Shown in pieces: positions 26,237 to 30,748 of a stretch of DNA of 30,748 bases (positions are counted from its first letter, which is position 1; every line of letters begins with the position of its first letter). Made by a program: the position numbers and the translations under genes. Location: IMG/VR virus record IMGVR_UViG_3300033067_000622, positions 1 to 30,748 of that record, one strand, 5' to 3'. The stretch is from a virus (taxonomy: Duplodnaviria; Caudoviricetes). The notes beneath the pieces were generated by a model, which was not told where the DNA came from, did no database searches, and saw nothing but the letters and a program-made list of their open reading frames with translations.

Positions 26237-27336
26237 TGCCTGTCAAAATGCCAACGCGCGAGGAAATCCTGCGATGGGCGCCAAAGGCAAAATCACAGTA
26301 TGTGGACGCGCTTGTTGTGGGCGAAGTGCACCTTTTGGAGGCGGGCATTCTCGATAGTCCGCTGACGCTGTGCCACTTCATGGCGCAGGTTGGAGGCGAA
26401 ACCAATGGCCTGACCATCCTGCGCGAGGACATGACGTACCTGAGTGTGGACCGCATCCGCAAGGTGTGGCCAGCGCGGTCACGCAAATACTCTGACGCCT
26501 GGATGAAGGACAACCTCATTAAGAAGCCGCAGCGCCTTGCAGGCTGGGCTTACGGCGGGCGCATGGGGAATGAGCCATGGCCATCGCTCGATGGCTACGA
26601 TTATCGCGGCGGCGGGTGGATACAGACCACGGGGCGCTATGCCGTCGAAAAGTATTGCAAGCGCCTCGGCATTGCTCCGCACCCCGGCATTCTCGACGAC
26701 TACGTGACCACGCTGCGGTTTGCCTGCATGGAGTGGAAAGAGTCCGGGTGCCACGCTTATGCCTGTGCCAATGATATCTACAGCGTGTCCAAGATCATCA
26801 ACACGGGCTCCGCCAAGTCCGGCGTGATGCCGAATGGCATGGAGCACCGCCGCCACTGGTTCAAGAGGGCCTGGGACGTCTGGGGTGACGCGCGCAAGAC
26901 AATTCCCGCAGCAACTGGCATCACAGCCAAAACACTCAAAGCGGCAGGCTCTGAAACAGTCTCGATGGGCGATGCCATCAAATCCATGTCGCTGTTTGGC
27001 GGCACGGCTTCGGCACTTGCGGGCGCAGCGCGCAATGCCCAGGAGGCGGGTGTGGTTGACCAAGGTGTGTCCTTTGCGACGCCGCCATCTGATCCAACAT
27101 TGATTGACCAGATGCAGCGCGCGACAGAATCAGCTGATGCTGTCACTGCGTTCATCACGGCCATGAAAGCCGCCCTTGCGGTGGCGACGAGCAATCTTTG
27201 GGTGTTTGGCCTCGTGTGCGGCGTGGCTGGGTACTTCGCGGCAAAGAAGATCATCGAAAGGAGAGTTGCAGATGCTCGGCTGGGTCTCAATGCTGGTAGG
27301 ATTCCTGAAGCTCCCGCGCTTCCTGATGGGAGCTAA
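26236..27336 (+). CDS. GH19 (chitinase-like) endolysin with hydrophobic C-terminal extension
   Basis: HFMAQVGGETNG...EDMTY, YGGRMGN, DGYDYRGGGWIQTTGR, KIIN; C-terminal TM LWVFGLVCGVAGYFAA. Confidence 0.9.
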   Translation: MPVKMPTREEILRWAPKAKSQYVDALVVGEVHLLEAGILDSPLTLCHFMAQVGGETNGLTILREDMTYLSVDRIRKVWPARSRKYSDAWMKDNLIKKPQRLAGWAYGGRMGNEPWPSLDGYDYRGGGWIQTTGRYAVEKYCKRLGIAPHPGILDDYVTTLRFACMEWKESGCHAYACANDIYSVSKIINTGSAKSGVMPNGMEHRRHWFKRAWDVWGDARKTIPAATGITAKTLKAAGSETVSMGDAIKSMSLFGGTASALAGAARNAQEAGVVDQGVSFATPPSDPTLIDQMQRATESADAVTAFITAMKAALAVATSNLWVFGLVCGVAGYFAAKKIIERRVADARLGLNAGRIPEAPALPDGS

Positions 27337-27640
27337 GCTCAAGGTCTGGCTCTACGGGGGCATCGCTGTTTTGTTCGGTCTTTCGGTGGGCTACGCCTAC
27401 ATCGAGGGTGGACGCGCAGAACGCGCAGCGCAAGCCGCACGCGTCGCGGCGTTTAACCTGAAAGTCGCGCAGCTGAATGAGCAGCTGACCCGCCTCGACA
27501 CGGAGGAGGATGCACGCGTGGCTGTGGCCCTTGGCCGGGCGCGCGAGGTTTTTGTCGCTGATCCAGCGGGCAACAAATGCCGCAAGCTGGATGCTGAGAG
27601 CGTGAAGAAGATTAAGACCATCCTGGGAGGGGCAGGCTGA
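27272..27640 (+). CDS. Inner-membrane spanin (Rz-like)
   Basis: ATG 27272 after AAGGAGAG; TM VWLYGGIAVLFGLSVGYAYI, then coiled coil and a Cys near the C-terminus; lies between endolysin and lipoprotein. Confidence 0.75.
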   Translation: MLGWVSMLVGFLKLPRFLMGAKLKVWLYGGIAVLFGLSVGYAYIEGGRAERAAQAARVAAFNLKVAQLNEQLTRLDTEEDARVAVALGRAREVFVADPAGNKCRKLDAESVKKIKTILGGAG

Positions 27641-27885
27641 TGATGCCCTTCTGGCCCCTCCTGGCGGCGCTCAGCGCCGTTGTCTCACTGGCCGGGTGCG
27701 GAGGCCCCGTGACGGAGTTTGCCCCGCCAGCGGCCCACCTGATGCGCCCAGCCGATCCGTTTCCGCTTGTTCGCCCAGGCGACGATGCGCTCGTGAAGCT
27801 GGCGGAGGCCGCAGCGTCTCACAACAAGAACGCGCGGAAAATCAGAGGATTGCAGAAGTACATCAAGCTCTTGCGTAAGGGCTAG
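27640..27885 (+). CDS. Outer-membrane spanin lipoprotein (Rz1-like)
   Basis: Signal peptide with lipobox LAG-C, then Pro-rich FAPPAAHLMRPADPFP. Confidence 0.82.
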   Translation: MMPFWPLLAALSAVVSLAGCGGPVTEFAPPAAHLMRPADPFPLVRPGDDALVKLAEAAASHNKNARKIRGLQKYIKLLRKG

Positions 27886-27955
27886 GGGCCAATGGCCCCG
27901 GATGCAGCTGCAATCAGGAGGCCTATAGACGCAAGAATTACGGCGGTTTCAAGAA

Positions 27956-28444
27956 TTATGCTTCCGTAGGCCCGGATGACCGCCGCGAGACCTTTCCGCT
28001 CATGGACTTTTTGAGGCCGCTGGCCTTTGTGCCGGGCATGGGTTTTGCTGTTTTTGACCATTTGTCCTTCCAGCGCGGTTTGACTTGGGTTGTCTCCGGC
28101 TCTGGGGTGGCTTTGGCCTGCATGGCGCTCTGGTGCAGCGCATGCTTTTTGCCAGCCCTCTTGGCCTTGGCAATAACAGGGACGTCCTTCTTTGCCGTCT
28201 TCTCCCGATGATGTTTCACGGGAATTGGGTTGAGATTGGTGGGATGCGTCGAGCCATCCCAAGCGTGGGGGATTGGATAGTGATCCCACTGGTAATGCTG
28301 CGCAATCTGCTTTGGTGTCATCTGCTTGGCGCGCTCCCGCTCGATGCAGGCCGCGAGCGCGGGGTCCACCTTGCAGCGCAGGGCGTCCAGGTGCAGTAGG
28401 GCTGCGGCCAGCTTTTCTGAGAGTGACGGCGGCTTGCGCTTCAT
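27956..28444 (-). CDS. HNH endonuclease-like protein with basic C-terminal tail
   Basis: Start ATG 28444 (ATGA overlap); DHYPIPHAWDGSTHPTNLNPIPVKHHREKT matches DH..P...GG....NL......H..KT. Confidence 0.8.
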   Translation of the reverse strand: MKRKPPSLSEKLAAALLHLDALRCKVDPALAACIERERAKQMTPKQIAQHYQWDHYPIPHAWDGSTHPTNLNPIPVKHHREKTAKKDVPVIAKAKRAGKKHALHQSAMQAKATPEPETTQVKPRWKDKWSKTAKPMPGTKASGLKKSMSGKVSRRSSGPTEA

Positions 28445-28728
28445 TTTGCATCTTCCGGGCCCATCAATGGGTCTCCAACTTTGATAGGCGTCACCAAGTC
28501 GAAATAGTGGGCGCCCCTCTCTGCGAGCCACTTTTGGCTCTCTAGCCTCTTCTTGTCGCTGACGCCGCAACAGACCAAGCGCGCTCTGTGAAAGGCATTC
28601 TCCATGAGGGACATAGGCGCATCTGGGGGAAACCTATCCGAAAACCAATTTACGTCGTCAGCCTCAAAGGCGGCATTCCTACCCTTGACGTATTCTTTGA
28701 CCTTATCAACGACACTTCCGTCAGTCAC
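28441..28728 (-). CDS. Hypothetical protein (95 aa)
   Basis: GTG start overlapping the RusA stop, GAGGAG SD. Confidence 0.75.
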   Translation of the reverse strand: MTDGSVVDKVKEYVKGRNAAFEADDVNWFSDRFPPDAPMSLMENAFHRARLVCCGVSDKKRLESQKWLAERGAHYFDLVTPIKVGDPLMGPEDAK

Positions 28729-29138
28729 GTTCTCGTCTCCTCTTTTGGTAAGATCGACGTCAGCGTGACTGAGACGCCAGCCATGTCGCTGGACACCCAT
28801 TCCATAGATAGACTCTCGATCAGGCTGTCATCCTCGATGACTTTGTGGTCCACAAGCAAATCAGAAATGGCCTTTTCCAAGTTGGCCAGATCGCGGCGGC
28901 GCTTGTCTGGCCGCACAGCCCGGATGGTCATCCTCACAAATCCAGGCATAGATTTTGGGCGCTGAAGATTGAGCCTCAACCCAGCCTCCTGCGCCCATGC
29001 TTTATAGTGCGATGTCCGAACCCGTCCGACCCGTGGCACGTTCCGAAACAGCTGGTTGACAGAAGGTGGGAAGGGAAGCAGAAACGTCTGCTCCCCCACC
29101 AGCATGTTTGGGTCCACAACGTAACGGGGCTCTGACAT
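28725..29138 (-). CDS. rusA: RusA family Holliday junction resolvase
   Basis: LPFPPSVN, PDKRRRDLANLEKAISDLL...VIEDDSLI signature. Confidence 0.95.
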   Translation of the reverse strand: MSEPRYVVDPNMLVGEQTFLLPFPPSVNQLFRNVPRVGRVRTSHYKAWAQEAGLRLNLQRPKSMPGFVRMTIRAVRPDKRRRDLANLEKAISDLLVDHKVIEDDSLIESLSMEWVSSDMAGVSVTLTSILPKEETRT

Positions 29139-29150
29139 GCCATTCAGTCC

Positions 29151-30050
29151 CTACGACGAGCGCGCGTGGCTCTGATGGTCCTTTGCATCGCGCTGGCCCG
29201 GTGCCGTCGTGGCATCCTCCAGAGCCTGCACGCGGCGCTCCAGATCGGAAATGCGGCCCCACATTGCGCCCATGCCGCCGCCAGTGAAACTACGCGCCTC
29301 CTCGACACTCTTCTGTTCCTGGGGCGTGCGCCCGAAAATCTGGAGACGCAGCTTGCGGATGGCCTCCTCAGAGATATGCGTGCGATCCCCAACCGCAATA
29401 ATGCGCATGACGCGCTCGTCGCTCCAGGAGGGGTTGTAGTCGCAGATACGCTTAGCGGTGTCGATCTTGGCGTTGTTGGCGATCAACATCGTCACCTGGG
29501 CGACTTCGACGTTGGTGAGATGCGCCTGACGGCCATCTGCCTTCGATCCATTTGCCATGGTCTTCTTGCTCTCCTTTTTGACGGGCAACGGCCCGTCGTG
29601 CCTATGGGTTGTAGCCTGCGCTTCATTTGGAATTGCCGAAATTCTCGGCAATTCACACTCAAGAGGGTTGGGCGCCTTGCCCACAGTCCTCTCGATCTCT
29701 TTCTCGTTCGGGACGACGACTGCGGCCCCAAACTCGTTTTCGTTCTTCAGAGCGCGCGAGGTCGCCAGCTTGTCAACGATGGCGTCACCAACAGATGTTG
29801 ACGCTCCCGTGCTCTTGTTTGTGGGGCTAAAGCCTAAGCGCACCAGGAACTTCCGCATATCAGCCCGGAAGTTCAATAGCCCGCGCCCATGGGCTCGCGC
29901 GCTGTAGGGTATGAAGCCAGCCTTGTTCGGCCCTGTCACATAAACGTAGGGGTGCCGCCCGCCAGAGCCATAGTTGACAGCCGCTTGTGGCACGCCAAAT
30001 CGCTCTAGCTCTGCTTCTATGATCTCGATGACTGGATTAGCCATTTTCAC
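29151..30050 (-). CDS. Two-domain hypothetical: HicA-like N-terminus, HTH-like C-terminus
   Basis: N-terminal GGRHP...LNFRADMRK; C-terminal Y..SWSDERV...ISEEAIRKLR..IFG plus coiled coil; start GTG 30050 or ATG 30044; domain calls tentative. Confidence 0.7.
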   Translation of the reverse strand: MKMANPVIEIIEAELERFGVPQAAVNYGSGGRHPYVYVTGPNKAGFIPYSARAHGRGLLNFRADMRKFLVRLGFSPTNKSTGASTSVGDAIVDKLATSRALKNENEFGAAVVVPNEKEIERTVGKAPNPLECELPRISAIPNEAQATTHRHDGPLPVKKESKKTMANGSKADGRQAHLTNVEVAQVTMLIANNAKIDTAKRICDYNPSWSDERVMRIIAVGDRTHISEEAIRKLRLQIFGRTPQEQKSVEEARSFTGGGMGAMWGRISDLERRVQALEDATTAPGQRDAKDHQSHARSS

Positions 30051-30392
30051 CTACCTCGCCATCTTGCCAATCACGCGCTCAGAGGCCTCGGCAGTGCGCC
30101 ACGCCTCCAGGATCAGTTCCGCGCGGTTGCGCTGGTCACTCATCAGTTCCCACGTCTGCTCAGCGATTGCGACGTCTTCCATCGCAGCCGCATAGTCGTC
30201 ATGATCTGTTGCGATAGCCTTGCGCATCTCGACGGCGCCGTCTGCTTTTCGGAACAGACGCGCAAAGGTGCGCTTGGCTTTGTACTCGGCGCGGATGCGA
30301 TTGGCGCGCGCCATCGCGATCTCCTCAGACGAGGTGTGGAGGTACTTAAACGCCATCTCCACAGCGTCATCGGTGATGACACGCCGCGTCAT
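30051..30392 (-). CDS. Conserved helical phage protein of recombination modules (EAWRT..ASER)
   Basis: All-helical 113 aa; ATGA overlap with ERF; pattern recalled next to single-strand annealing genes. Confidence 0.8.
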   Translation of the reverse strand: MTRRVITDDAVEMAFKYLHTSSEEIAMARANRIRAEYKAKRTFARLFRKADGAVEMRKAIATDHDDYAAAMEDVAIAEQTWELMSDQRNRAELILEAWRTAEASERVIGKMAR

Positions 30393-30748
30393 GCGCGCCC
30401 CTTATCCGCCATGGCAGCTTTGAAGGCTGCGCGCACAGCATTCGCGTCCTCAGGAAGCAGAGCGGCCAGTTCGGCGCTATACTTCTCGGCAAAGGCCTCT
30501 TTGTCTTCGGATGACATGGGCTTTGGGATTGCCTCGATGGCGCCAATCAGCTTGCCGCGCGCAGCTTTGCTCTCGTCGGCTGTGTACTTCTTTGGTTCCT
30601 TGGCGTCCTTCTTGCCCTTCTTGGCGCGCTCTGACGCATCGCCATCGCCACTTTCTGGCTTGGCGCCGTCAAGATCGAAGTCGCCCGTTGGGATTTTGAA
30701 CAGCTGCCTCAAAAATGTCTTCTGGGCGTAGGATTTAACGCCATTGAA
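30389..30748 (-). CDS. ERF-family single-strand annealing protein (partial, C-terminal part)
   Basis: Frame open to the window edge: FNGVKSYAQKTFLRQLFKIPTGDFDLD matches the ERF motif G...SYA.K..L...F.I.TGD.D.D. Confidence 0.82.
   Translation of the reverse strand, partial: FNGVKSYAQKTFLRQLFKIPTGDFDLDGAKPESGDGDASERAKKGKKDAKEPKKYTADESKAARGKLIGAIEAIPKPMSSEDKEAFAEKYSAELAALLPEDANAVRAAFKAAMADKGRA

Noticed and set aside
27882-28451. 189-aa minus-strand ORF with hydrophobic end
   Set aside because: It overlaps the HNH gene in another frame for most of its length and has no separate start or SD for the hydrophobic tail.
1-30748. CRISPR array or long tandem DNA repeats
   Set aside because: No regularly spaced repeats were seen. 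The nozzle repeats are diverged at DNA level and visible mainly in protein.

Overview
This window is about 30.7 kb of a GC-rich tailed phage genome with a podovirus-type virion module. The gene order resembles HTVC010P-like alphaproteobacterial podophages, recognised from memory of motifs and synteny; no database search was run. Left end: a tRNA-Gln(UUG) and small early-type genes read outward from two back-to-back sigma70 promoters (1317-1345 minus, 1400-1428 plus). Plus-strand late module (3806-27885): GroES-like co-chaperonin, cold-shock-domain protein, scaffold, major capsid protein, decoration and head-spike proteins, two adaptors, tail fibre, nozzle, tailspike, GNAT acyltransferase, four ejection proteins (one with an S74 auto-cleaving chaperone, one with a GH24 lysozyme domain), GH19 endolysin and spanins. 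Right end, minus strand: partial ERF recombinase, RusA, HNH and hypotheticals. No portal, terminase, integrase, polymerase, reverse transcriptase or CRISPR array is visible. Most notable: (i) structured intergenic RNA leaders (RBS-occluding stems, a repeated hairpin plus CCUCCUC pyrimidine tract, a branch-migrating three-way junction) in the same operon as a phage-encoded cold-shock RNA chaperone; (ii) an apparently nested A1-A2-A3-B3-B2-B1 domain insertion in the nozzle; (iii) a GNAT coupled to an MGGGK-starting, self-cleaving ejection protein. These are hypotheses, not demonstrated systems.
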